Of a stretch of DNA of 64,000 nt, positions 1 through 7,743 are shown piece by piece; position 1 is the first letter of the stretch; the number at the start of each line of letters is the position of its first letter. The stretch spans positions 5,353 to 69,352 of the forward strand of contig BTVV01000004.1 of the NCBI GenBank assembly GCA_045863855.1, written 5' to 3'. This DNA is from Planctomycetota bacterium. GTDB taxonomy: Bacteria > Planctomycetota > SZUA-567 > H5-PLA8. The translations under genes were made by a program, and so were the position numbers. The notes beneath the pieces were generated by a model. It did not search any database. It had not been told where the DNA came from and saw only the letters and a program-made list of their open reading frames with translations.

Positions 1-1106
1 TCGATTTTCCCCGTCTCCAGATTGACCGACAGGACCTGATACTTTCTCTGGCCGTAGCCATGGTATCCATAGTGGGTATAGGGATCGTCCACGGTGGCGC
101 CTAGAAGTCCCGATACCAGGTACGCTTGTGTGCCTGAGGGATCCACGCCGGCCAATCGAAAGTGGTGCCAGTAAATCGAATGATGGTCCACAGAGGCGAC
201 CTTCTTCCAGGCGCCCGTGAGCACCTCCGGCTTAATCCAAAGGGTAGATTCCAGCCGGTCCTCGGACAGGCGTTTTCCGTAGCAAAGCGCAACCACCCCT
301 CGCCCGGCAGGCATCGGACAAAGACTCGGCGTTGGGTCCGGAGGCAAGGCCAAGGGCTTGGAGATTTTACCCGTCGCGTCAAAACAGTACAGATGATGGC
401 TACTCGCGATCGCAAGCGTTCCGTCCGAAAGCGTGGTCATGCCGCTCCCGAACTGAATGTCGTATTGCGGGGTGAGCGGGATGCGGCCCATGCGCCCGGT
501 TTTTAAGTCCAGCACTTGCAGTTCCGTGGCGGTGCGCTGACCGGCCAGTTGCTGAATCGACCACCAACGTTCGTTGACCGCGTCGTGTCCCCAGGCCATA
601 TGGCCCCATCCGCCCCATCCCCAGTTCGCGTACTGATGCCAACCGGGCAGTTGCCCCACCAAACGCTCCGCCCCGGACTTCAAATCCCGTTCGTAAATCT
701 CCCGCATCTGGAGAACTTGGGCTGGGGACTTCCCTTTAGGCAACCGCTGCCGGCTTTCCAGATATACCTTGCTCCCGTCCGCGTTCATGCTTGCGCCGAG
801 CAGCCGCAAATTCACACGCCCCAAGGCCGGGTCGGCCACTTCGACGAAGGGCTTGGCGAGCGGACCTATCGTGCGGACCGTCTTCTTATGCAGGTCGATC
901 AGGTACAGTTTCCAGGCACCCGTTCCGTACTCGTCGTCCAGATCTTCATGCGCACGCAGGACGAGTCCTTCCGAAGCGTTCAGGAAATCGTACACGCCCA
1001 GCGGCAGCCAGCGCCCTGGCGGCGCGTTGCCGGAGGGGGCCTCTCCGCCCCTGGCAAGAGGCGTTAAGCACAACACCCACACCACGGCCCATCGCCTCAG
1101 TAGCAC
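1..1106 (-). CDS. Secreted hypothetical protein, partial (3' end runs off the left edge; absent from the supplied ORF track because no stop lies in the window)
   Basis: I hand-checked the minus-strand frame (plus-strand triplets starting at 3,6,9...). It has no stop from nt 3 up to the in-frame stop at 1218-1220. A GTG at 1106-1104 is preceded by GGGAGG (1117-1112) with a 5-nt spacer. The N-terminus MLLRRWAVVWVLCLTPLARG looks like a signal peptide. The body is W/G/Y-rich (..HQYANWGWGGWGHMAWGHD..) and carries no family signature I recognise. Confidence 0.55.
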   Translation of the reverse strand, partial: MLLRRWAVVWVLCLTPLARGGEAPSGNAPPGRWLPLGVYDFLNASEGLVLRAHEDLDDEYGTGAWKLYLIDLHKKTVRTIGPLAKPFVEVADPALGRVNLRLLGASMNADGSKVYLESRQRLPKGKSPAQVLQMREIYERDLKSGAERLVGQLPGWHQYANWGWGGWGHMAWGHDAVNERWWSIQQLAGQRTATELQVLDLKTGRMGRIPLTPQYDIQFGSGMTTLSDGTLAIASSHHLYCFDATGKISKPLALPPDPTPSLCPMPAGRGVVALCYGKRLSEDRLESTLWIKPEVLTGAWKKVASVDHHSIYWHHFRLAGVDPSGTQAYLVSGLLGATVDDPYTHYGYHGYGQRKYQVLSVNLETGKI

Positions 1107-1442
1107 AAACGCCTCCCGGGACGCCACTCCTGCGTCGTAGTCTCCAGGACGTACCAAGCCGAATTGGTGTGACCACCTGCCCCTCGCTGCGCTCTTGACC
1201 GCTCCCCCATCCTTCCTTACTATGGTGCCCGCCTTTGTTTAGGAGCGTCCCCAAGCACTATGCACGCCGTGGTTCTATCTCGTCTTCCTCGCCGCGCCGC
1301 GATTCTCGCGGTTGCCGGCACACGGGCAGGCTCCTGGCGGTCGATGCCGGGCTGTTGTTGCGCGCATTGATGGTCCCCCCTTGCGGGCCGAACGGCGGCC
1401 CGCGCCTGACGCGCAAAACAGCTCCCTAGGAATATCGACGCC

Positions 1443-3023
1443 ATGGAACTCCTCGAACGCATCCTGCACGGCTTTCTGCTCTTCGTTGCCGCGATGGCCC
1501 TTCTCAAGCTGGGTTTCGCGATTCTCGTCGCCTTCATGGCCGTCCTTTTTAAGCCGTCCCTGATCGGCAGCGTGCTGGCGGACTTGCGATGCATCCGAGA
1601 ACGCGACCCGGCGGTGGAAGGTTGGATCGCGGCGCTCTTCTATCCCGGTTGGTGGGCGCTGGCGCTGCATAAGCTGATCGCGCATCCGCTGTACCGCATC
1701 GGCTTGCGCACGCCCGCGCGGCTGGCCAACTTCGGCGCGCGTTTCCTGACCGGCACGGATATTCATCCCGGCGCGCAATTGGGCCAAGCGATCTTCATCG
1801 ACCATGCGCACGGCGTCGTGATCGGTGAAACGGCGATCGTGGGCGACGGCGTCACCGTCCTCCATCAGGTCACTTTGGGCGGCACCGGCAAGGAACACGG
1901 CAAGCGCCATCCCACGGTGGAGGACGGAGTTCTGCTCAGCGCCGGATCCAAGGTGCTGGGCAATATCGTCATCGGCGCCGATGCCAAAATCGGCGCCGGC
2001 AGCGTCGTCGTAAAAGCCGTACCCGCCGAATCCACGGTCGTCGGCATCCCGGGGCGCATCGTCGCCACCGGCGGCAAGCGCCTCCCCGCCAAATCGCTCG
2101 ACCAGACCGACCTGCCCGATCCGATCGTCGAACGCCTCGTGGCGCTGCAAGACGAACTCCGCGAATGGGAGCGCAAAGTGGAAGAAAAGAAGTCCAGCGG
2201 CGCGCGCTGGCCGAAGGCCGGTGAAGACGTGCTCGCCGAGATCGTGACGCATAAGCATGCCGAAGTGGCCGAAGCGCGCGCGCGCGCGCCGCTTCCCGAA
2301 CTGCGCAGTCAGCCCGGAGTGCGCGGTTCGCCGCGCGGCTTCGCCGCCGCTCTGCGCGGGCCGGGACTGCGGCTCATCGCAGAAATCAAGAAAGCCAGCC
2401 CTTCGGGCGGACTGCTGCGCGAAGACTTCGATCCGCAGGTCATCGCGCGCATCTACCAGGACGCGCACGCCTCGGCCCTCTCGGTGCTCACCGACCGAAA
2501 GTACTTCCAGGGCTCGCTCGAGTACCTGGCCCAGGTCCGCGCCGCCGTGGGCCTGCCGCTCTTGCGCAAAGATTTCGTGATCGACGAATACCAGATCGTC
2601 GAAGCCGCGCGCGCCGGCGCCGACGCGGTCCTGCTCATCGCCGCCTGCCTCGACGACGCCCAACTCAAGGGCTTCCGCGAAGCCGCCTCCGCCGAAGGGC
2701 TCGACGCGCTCGTCGAAGTCCACGACGAGGCCGAACTGGTCCGCGCGCTCCAGAGCGGCGCCGAGATCCTGGGCATCAACAATCGCAACCTCAAGACCCT
2801 CGAAACGAAACTCGAGACGACTTACAGGCTCGTCCGCGAACTCCCCTCCGACCGCAACGGGCTGCTCGTCGTCAGCGAGTCGGGGATCAAGACCGCCGAG
2901 GACACGCACCGCCTCATCGAAGCGGGGGTCAACGCCGTACTCATCGGCGAAACCTTCATGCGCGCGCCAGACATCGGCTCGAAGGTTCGCGAGATCATGG
3001 GGCATGGGGAGTACGCGATCTGA
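1443..3023 (+). CDS. cysE-trpC: Bifunctional fusion: serine O-acetyltransferase (CysE, hexapeptide-repeat) fused to indole-3-glycerol-phosphate synthase (TrpC)
   Basis: Residues about 40-210 match CysE (..IRERDPA..YPGWWALALHKLAH-like.., DIHPGAQLG..FIDHAHGVVIGETAIVGDGVTVLHQVTLGG..). Residues about 263-526 carry TrpC signatures (IAEIKKASPSGG, LRKDF, LVEVH, INNRNL, SESGI). The ORF is one uninterrupted 526 codons. The true start may be ATG 1536 (M32), which would remove a hydrophobic leader. Confidence 0.85.
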   Translation: MELLERILHGFLLFVAAMALLKLGFAILVAFMAVLFKPSLIGSVLADLRCIRERDPAVEGWIAALFYPGWWALALHKLIAHPLYRIGLRTPARLANFGARFLTGTDIHPGAQLGQAIFIDHAHGVVIGETAIVGDGVTVLHQVTLGGTGKEHGKRHPTVEDGVLLSAGSKVLGNIVIGADAKIGAGSVVVKAVPAESTVVGIPGRIVATGGKRLPAKSLDQTDLPDPIVERLVALQDELREWERKVEEKKSSGARWPKAGEDVLAEIVTHKHAEVAEARARAPLPELRSQPGVRGSPRGFAAALRGPGLRLIAEIKKASPSGGLLREDFDPQVIARIYQDAHASALSVLTDRKYFQGSLEYLAQVRAAVGLPLLRKDFVIDEYQIVEAARAGADAVLLIAACLDDAQLKGFREAASAEGLDALVEVHDEAELVRALQSGAEILGINNRNLKTLETKLETTYRLVRELPSDRNGLLVVSESGIKTAEDTHRLIEAGVNAVLIGETFMRAPDIGSKVREIMGHGEYAI

Positions 3024-3145
3024 GACGCGGCAGGCAACAGTCAAACGAGCGTGGGCCAGACAGGGCGCTCCGACGAACGGGTGGAACTCCACCGCGCACA
3101 GGGTCCGGCTTGGCGTCCTGCGGTCTTGCCGGTTAACATCGTGGC

Positions 3146-4546
3146 ATGGCAAAGCGCATTCTGTACCTCGATCCGTTCAGCGGCATCAGCGGCGATATGT
3201 TCCTCGCCAGCCTGCTCGACTTGGGCCTCGATCTGGCCCACCTCAAGCGCGAACTCGCCAAGCTAGGCGTCGGCGGCTATGAGCTGAAATCCTCGAAGAC
3301 CCTGCGCGGCGTCATGGCCGCCACTCAGTTCGAAGTAATCGTGAGCCACGATCCCGCCGTACATTCGCACGCATCCCAGCCCGAGCCTGCGCACAGCCAT
3401 GGCCATGACCACGGTCATGCGCACGATCATGGCCACAGCCATAGTCATGCCCACAGCCACGAACCCGCGCATACTCACACGCATCACGAGAACCACGGTC
3501 ACGGCCATGACGCGCATCATCACCACGACGTTCACGCGCATGTTCACCGGCCATTCAAAGAGATTCGCAAGCTGATCGATGCCGCGGCGCTCTCGCCACG
3601 CGTGAAGGCGCAAAGCCTCCGCGCGTTCGAACTGCTGGCGGAAGTCGAAGGCCGTATGCACGGGCAAACAGTGGACGAGGTTCAGTTCCACGAGGTGGGC
3701 GGGTTGGACAGCATCGTCGATTTCGTCGGCGTCTGCATCGGGCTGGAGGCGCTGGGTGTGGACGAAGTGTTCTGCGGTCCGCTGGCGTTGGGGGGCGACG
3801 GCGCGCTGGGCGGATACGTCCAGTGCGCGCACGGGAAGCTGCCCGTGCCGGCCTTCGCGACGCTGGAACTGGCCAAAGGTCTGCCGCTGCGCCACGCCGG
3901 CGTGGACAAGGAACTCACCACGCCCACCGGCGCGGCGCTGGTCCAAGCGCTAGTGAAACCAGAACACAGCGGCCCACTGCCGAATTTGCAGGTAGAGCGG
4001 ATCGGCTACGGCGCAGGCGCGCGCAACGACCCGAAGATTCCGATTCCGAACGTACTTCGGGCGGTGCTGGGTACGCGGGCTTCGAGCGAGACGGCATCCG
4101 CCGCCACGCCGGCAACGATCGTCGAACTGCAAGCCAACCTCGACGACGTTTCCGGGGAAACGCTAGGCTACGCCGCCGAAAAGCTCTTCGAGGCCGGCGC
4201 ATTGGATGTTTTCTTCGTGCCCGTGCAGATGAAGAAAGGCCGCCCCGGCACGCTGTTGACGATACTCGCCGCGCCGGACCGCCAAGCCGACCTGCTGAAC
4301 GTGCTCTTTCGCGAGACGACCACCTTCGGCGTGCGCTACGAACTCAAATCCCGCGCGATCCTGGAACGGGAAACGGTCACGGTGGATACCCCGTGGGGCG
4401 ATGTGCGCGTCAAGCTTGGCCGGTGGCAAGGCGCCACGGTGAGCGCGCACCCCGAGTTCGAAGACTGCCGCAAGCTCGCCGAACGGCACGGGGTGCCGCT
4501 GCGCGCCGTCCAGGATGCCGCCCGCGCCGCCGCCGCGGATCTGTAG
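3146..4546 (+). CDS. larC: LarC-type nickel insertion protein (pyridinium-3,5-bisthiocarboxylate mononucleotide nickel chelatase, DUF111 family)
   Basis: The N-terminus LYLDPFSGISGDMFLASLLDLG is the LarC/DUF111 hallmark. A long His-rich metal-binding tract and a conserved C-terminal domain (..FRETTTFGVRY..) are also present. Confidence 0.9.
   Translation: MAKRILYLDPFSGISGDMFLASLLDLGLDLAHLKRELAKLGVGGYELKSSKTLRGVMAATQFEVIVSHDPAVHSHASQPEPAHSHGHDHGHAHDHGHSHSHAHSHEPAHTHTHHENHGHGHDAHHHHDVHAHVHRPFKEIRKLIDAAALSPRVKAQSLRAFELLAEVEGRMHGQTVDEVQFHEVGGLDSIVDFVGVCIGLEALGVDEVFCGPLALGGDGALGGYVQCAHGKLPVPAFATLELAKGLPLRHAGVDKELTTPTGAALVQALVKPEHSGPLPNLQVERIGYGAGARNDPKIPIPNVLRAVLGTRASSETASAATPATIVELQANLDDVSGETLGYAAEKLFEAGALDVFFVPVQMKKGRPGTLLTILAAPDRQADLLNVLFRETTTFGVRYELKSRAILERETVTVDTPWGDVRVKLGRWQGATVSAHPEFEDCRKLAERHGVPLRAVQDAARAAAADL
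3361..3547 (+). repeat. His-rich low-complexity coding tract inside larC (HSHASQPEPAHSHGHDHGHAHDHGHSHSHAHSH..HHHHDVHAHVH)
   Basis: Direct reading of the translation shows cac/cat alternating with ggc/gac/agc codons. Confidence 0.9.
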
Positions 4547-4557
4547 CTGCCCGCGCC

Positions 4558-5118
4558 CTATTTCTTATCCAGTTCGGTCTCGATGGCTTTAACCACATCT
4601 TCCGCATCCGGCTTGGTTCGCGGTGCGAAGCGTTCGGCCAGCGAGCCGTCGCGAGCCACCAGGAACTTCTCGAAGTTCCAGGTGATCTTCCCCGGCTTGG
4701 GTCCGTCCACAGTCAGGTACTGGTACAGCGGGTCGATTTCGACGCCTTGCACGTGGACCTTGGACATCAGAGGGAACGTGACATTGAACTTGGTCGAGCA
4801 GAACTTTTTGATCTCTTCGTTCGTCCCAGGCTCCTGCGCGCCAAAGTCGTTGCAGGGAATCCCGACCACCACCAGCCCGCGGTCCTTGTACTTATCGTAA
4901 AGGGCCTGGAGCTGCGTGTATTGCGGCGTCAAGCCGCAGCGCGAGGCGACATTGACGAGAAGCACCACCTTACCCTTGTACTGGCTCAGCGGGTGATCGC
5001 TGCCGTCGTTGGCCTTAAGAGTGAAGCTGAGAGGCGATGCCGCCACGGTCTTTTCCTCCGCGTAAAGCCCACACGCCAGGGCCGCCACGGCCACCAGCAT
5101 CACAAGGCGTCGAGACAT
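4558..5118 (-). CDS. gpx: Glutathione peroxidase family protein (Cys-type) with an N-terminal signal peptide
   Basis: Canonical GPx blocks are present: VNVASRCGLTPQY, IPCNDFGAQEPG and WNFEKFLV. The hydrophobic N-terminus is MSRRLVMLVAVAALACG. Confidence 0.9.
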   Translation of the reverse strand: MSRRLVMLVAVAALACGLYAEEKTVAASPLSFTLKANDGSDHPLSQYKGKVVLLVNVASRCGLTPQYTQLQALYDKYKDRGLVVVGIPCNDFGAQEPGTNEEIKKFCSTKFNVTFPLMSKVHVQGVEIDPLYQYLTVDGPKPGKITWNFEKFLVARDGSLAERFAPRTKPDAEDVVKAIETELDKK

Positions 5119-5204
5119 GCGTGAAGCTCCTGAAATCGACCCGTTCTTGAAAGGTGTCCACCAGCTTGGCGGACGCTTCGTCGCGCCTTCAATTCAATCC
5201 GGCG

Positions 5205-5477
5205 CTACTGCTGCTTGGCTTTAACCACTTCGGCGATATTCGCCACAGTGCGGAATTTCTTGAGGCTGAACTCTTCGTCTTCCAGTGCGATCCCGAAAAC
5301 TTCTTCCAGCCCGATCACGATTTCCATCAACTGCACCGACTCGAGCCCCCACTTCTCCATCAGGTCGTCCGTGTCGCCGATATCCGCAGGCTGCGCCTTA
5401 AGCATCAAGCGGTCTACGATCATGATTTTGAGCTGAACTTCCAGGCTGTCGTCGGCCACGAGATGCTCCTTAAGCAT
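5205..5477 (-). CDS. Acyl carrier protein-like (phosphopantetheine-binding) protein
   Basis: The protein is 90 aa and acidic. It has an ACP-like helix II motif, ..DDLMEKWGLESVQLMEIVIGLEEVFGI.., where the Ser of the GLES variant corresponds to the DSL site. No acyl-transfer partner gene lies in the window. Confidence 0.6.
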   Translation of the reverse strand: MLKEHLVADDSLEVQLKIMIVDRLMLKAQPADIGDTDDLMEKWGLESVQLMEIVIGLEEVFGIALEDEEFSLKKFRTVANIAEVVKAKQQ

Positions 5478-5747
5478 GGCGGTTCATGCGGCTTACCAGG
5501 GAACCGTTTCAGACCGGCGTTCGTCAGGGAGTCGCCTCATTCGTATAAACCGAGATTGTAACGTGAGCTACTGCAAAGCCGCCACGGCCAAGGGAAGGGC
5601 CAAAGGGGGTGACCACAAAAAGTTCTCCGCGAGCCCGGTAATGACCAGGACAGTGCTTGACAGAAAACGAGCATCTTATAGTTTGCCCTATGTGCACTAC
5701 TCCATTTTAAAGACCTGCGGACCGGTCGAAAGCGACTAGGATGACTC

Positions 5748-6956
5748 ATGGTCCAAATCAATTTCGCGACGCGTGAGGTCAACTGCAAGATTGTGTTCTA
5801 CGGTCCCGGCCGATGCGGGAAGACCACGAACTTGCAAGTCGTCCACGCCAAAGCGCCGCCGAACAGCACCGGCGACTTGGTCTCCATCGCCACGGAGACC
5901 GACCGCACGCTGTACTTCGACTTTTTGCCGCTCGATTTGGGCCAAGTCGCGGGCATGCGGACCAAGTTCTCGCTCTATACGGTCCCCGGCCAGGTGTACT
6001 ACGACGCCACGCGCAAGCTGGTGTTGCAGGGCGCCGACGGGATCGTATTCGTGGCCGACTCCAATCCAGACATGATGGAAGAGAATATCGAATCGCTGAA
6101 CAACCTGGCCGTGAACCTGCGCGAGAACGGGCTGGACATCAACGAGTTGCCGGTGGTGCTGCAGTTCAACAAGCGCGACCTTGAGAATCCCGTACCTATC
6201 GAGGAAATGAACGCGAAGCTAAACCGCGCCAACTGGCCCGCCGTACCGGCCGTGGCAGTGAACGGCGACGGGGTGTTCCAGACGCTTAAGGCGATCTCCC
6301 AGTTCGTGATCAAGAAGTTGAATCGCGAACAGGGTTATTCGGAAGACGGCAGTCGCCGCGGCGGCGGTGCAGCCCGGCCTTCGGCGAAGTCGGCCGCCGC
6401 ACCGCCTCCGCCTCCGCCCCCGCCGCCGGGTGCAAAGGCTCCCCCGCCGCCCCCCAAGCCCGCTGCTGCACCGCCGCCGCCCAGCCCTAAGGCGCCGACT
6501 CCACAGCCGCAGCCGGCCGCAAAGCCCGCGACGCCCGCATCCGCCGCGTCGCTGCCCAAGCCTAAATTTCCGACTCCGGCCCCTCAGCCGGTGGTGCTGC
6601 CTAAAAAGGATCCGCCATCCGGTGCGGTGCTTCCCAAGCCTCAGGCTCCAGCCGCCGCTTCGGTGCCGGCGCCGGAAGTCGCCAACGAGCCCGAAGCGGC
6701 GGTCGAGGCACCGCCCACACCGGCACCGGCTTCCGCCCCGGCTCTTAACCCGGTGGCCGCCGAGATCGCCAAACGCAAGCGGGCCGAAGAAGAAGCGCGC
6801 CGAAACGCACCTGCCGAAGAGCCCGTAGAGGCCGCCCCACCGGCGGCGCCGGCCGGCGGAGGGGGTTCGAAAACCGTCGTCATCGTCTTGGCCGTGCTGG
6901 CTTTGGCGGGAGTGGCCGCCGCTTTGTTCTTTGTCTTTAAAGGGAGTGGGTCCTGA
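5748..6956 (+). CDS. mglA: MglA-like Ras-superfamily small GTPase with a Pro/Ala-rich C-terminal extension and a C-terminal transmembrane anchor
   Basis: Residues 1-192 are nearly collinear with Myxococcus MglA as I recall it. Shared elements are INCKIVFYGPGRCGKTT (P-loop), ETDRTLYFDFLP (Arg53 equivalent), YTVPGQVYY (Gln82 equivalent) and NKRD. Residues 193-375 are Pro/Ala-rich low complexity. Residues 376-397 (TVVIVLAVLALAGVAAALFFVF) form a hydrophobic helix. Confidence 0.85.
   Translation: MVQINFATREVNCKIVFYGPGRCGKTTNLQVVHAKAPPNSTGDLVSIATETDRTLYFDFLPLDLGQVAGMRTKFSLYTVPGQVYYDATRKLVLQGADGIVFVADSNPDMMEENIESLNNLAVNLRENGLDINELPVVLQFNKRDLENPVPIEEMNAKLNRANWPAVPAVAVNGDGVFQTLKAISQFVIKKLNREQGYSEDGSRRGGGAARPSAKSAAAPPPPPPPPPGAKAPPPPPKPAAAPPPPSPKAPTPQPQPAAKPATPASAASLPKPKFPTPAPQPVVLPKKDPPSGAVLPKPQAPAAASVPAPEVANEPEAAVEAPPTPAPASAPALNPVAAEIAKRKRAEEEARRNAPAEEPVEAAPPAAPAGGGGSKTVVIVLAVLALAGVAAALFFVFKGSGS
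6324..6872 (+). repeat. Pro/Ala-rich low-complexity linker coding region within the mglA-like gene
   Basis: The translation reads AAPPPPPPPPPGAKAPPPPPKPAAAPPPPSPKAPTPQPQPAAKPATP..., with a ccg/gcc-rich nucleotide periodicity. Confidence 0.85.
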
Positions 6957-7053
6957 CCCATGGACCGCGGCGCAAGCAAGCGCTATACTGCGCCTGCCCG
7001 CAGCGAAATGAGTACGCGGAGTCCCGACACACGTGGGGCTTGGGAGGTTTCCG

Positions 7054-7572
7054 ATGGCGTTTAGCGAAAAAATGCGGCAGGCCCGGCTGGTCTTCTACGA
7101 AGAAGATGTAGAGGATATCAATAAGCTCCTGGGCGATTTTCTAGAGCGTTCCCAAGCCAAGTGCGCGCTCTTGATCGACAAGGAAGGCCACCTCGTCACT
7201 AAAAAGGGCTTCACGAAGTCCTTCAATACCGATTCCATTGCCGCCCTCGTGGCCGGCTCCTTCGCGTCCACGCGCGAAGTCGCTAAGTTGCTGGGCGAGA
7301 CGGAGTTCTCGGTGCTCTTCCACCAAGGCAAGAACGAAAACATCCACATTGGTTTGGTGGCCGAACGCGCGCTGGTCGTGATCATCTTCGACGACCGCAC
7401 CACGTTGGGCATGGTTCGGTTGTACGCCGAAGAGCTGACGACCAAGCTTTCCGATACTTTGCTGAAGGCCATCGATAAACATAAAGACAAGAACGACGGG
7501 GTCGGCGCCGAGTACGAAAAAGCCGCAGAAAAAGCGCTCGACGACTTCTTCGGTTCTGACGAAAAGGCCTGA
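7054..7572 (+). CDS. mglB: Roadblock/LC7-domain protein, MglB-like (candidate GAP partner of the MglA-like GTPase)
   Basis: The sequence pattern is Roadblock/LC7-like (..ALLIDKEGHLVTKKG..SIAALVAGSFASTREVAKLLG..LVVIIFDD..). The gene lies immediately downstream of the mglA homologue. The ORF track begins at GTG 7033, but ATG 7054 has GGGAGG 6 nt upstream. The C-terminal tail is acidic. Confidence 0.75.
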   Translation: MAFSEKMRQARLVFYEEDVEDINKLLGDFLERSQAKCALLIDKEGHLVTKKGFTKSFNTDSIAALVAGSFASTREVAKLLGETEFSVLFHQGKNENIHIGLVAERALVVIIFDDRTTLGMVRLYAEELTTKLSDTLLKAIDKHKDKNDGVGAEYEKAAEKALDDFFGSDEKA

Positions 7573-7743
7573 TTCGAAGGCTTCAACGGACGATCGTGGC
7601 GGGGGCCGGAAGCTCCAGCAGGGAGCCGTGCCCCCAATCTACCTCCCCTTGCGCATATGCCGACGATATCTTAGTTTGCAGGACCAACGCGGCTAGGGGG
7701 TTAGGCGTTACGTTGCCGCGGGTTGCCAGGCGGCGGGTTCAAC

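Noticed and set aside
1275-3152. A 625-aa minus-strand ORF antisense to the cysE-trpC gene
   Set aside because: The translation is Arg/Ala/Gly/Asp-rich with no family motif. The opposite strand carries unambiguous CysE and TrpC signatures. This is a typical high-GC shadow ORF.
3823-5124. A 433-aa plus-strand ORF running out of frame through larC and antisense through gpx
   Set aside because: It is Arg-rich and featureless. It conflicts with two confidently identified genes.
5657-5682. A sigma70-like promoter candidate, TTGACA (5657-5662) ... TATAGT (5677-5682), upstream of mglA
   Set aside because: The spacer is only 14 nt, well short of the 16-18 nt optimum, and promoter consensus in this lineage is unknown. 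It is not reported as a feature.
6400-6560. Periodic ccg/gcc-rich (and, at 21745-21885, ggc/gga-rich) nucleotide repeats considered as tandem repeats or a CRISPR-like array
   Set aside because: They are in frame within long ORFs and translate to Pro-rich and Gly/Arg-rich low-complexity protein segments. There is no repeat-spacer organisation.
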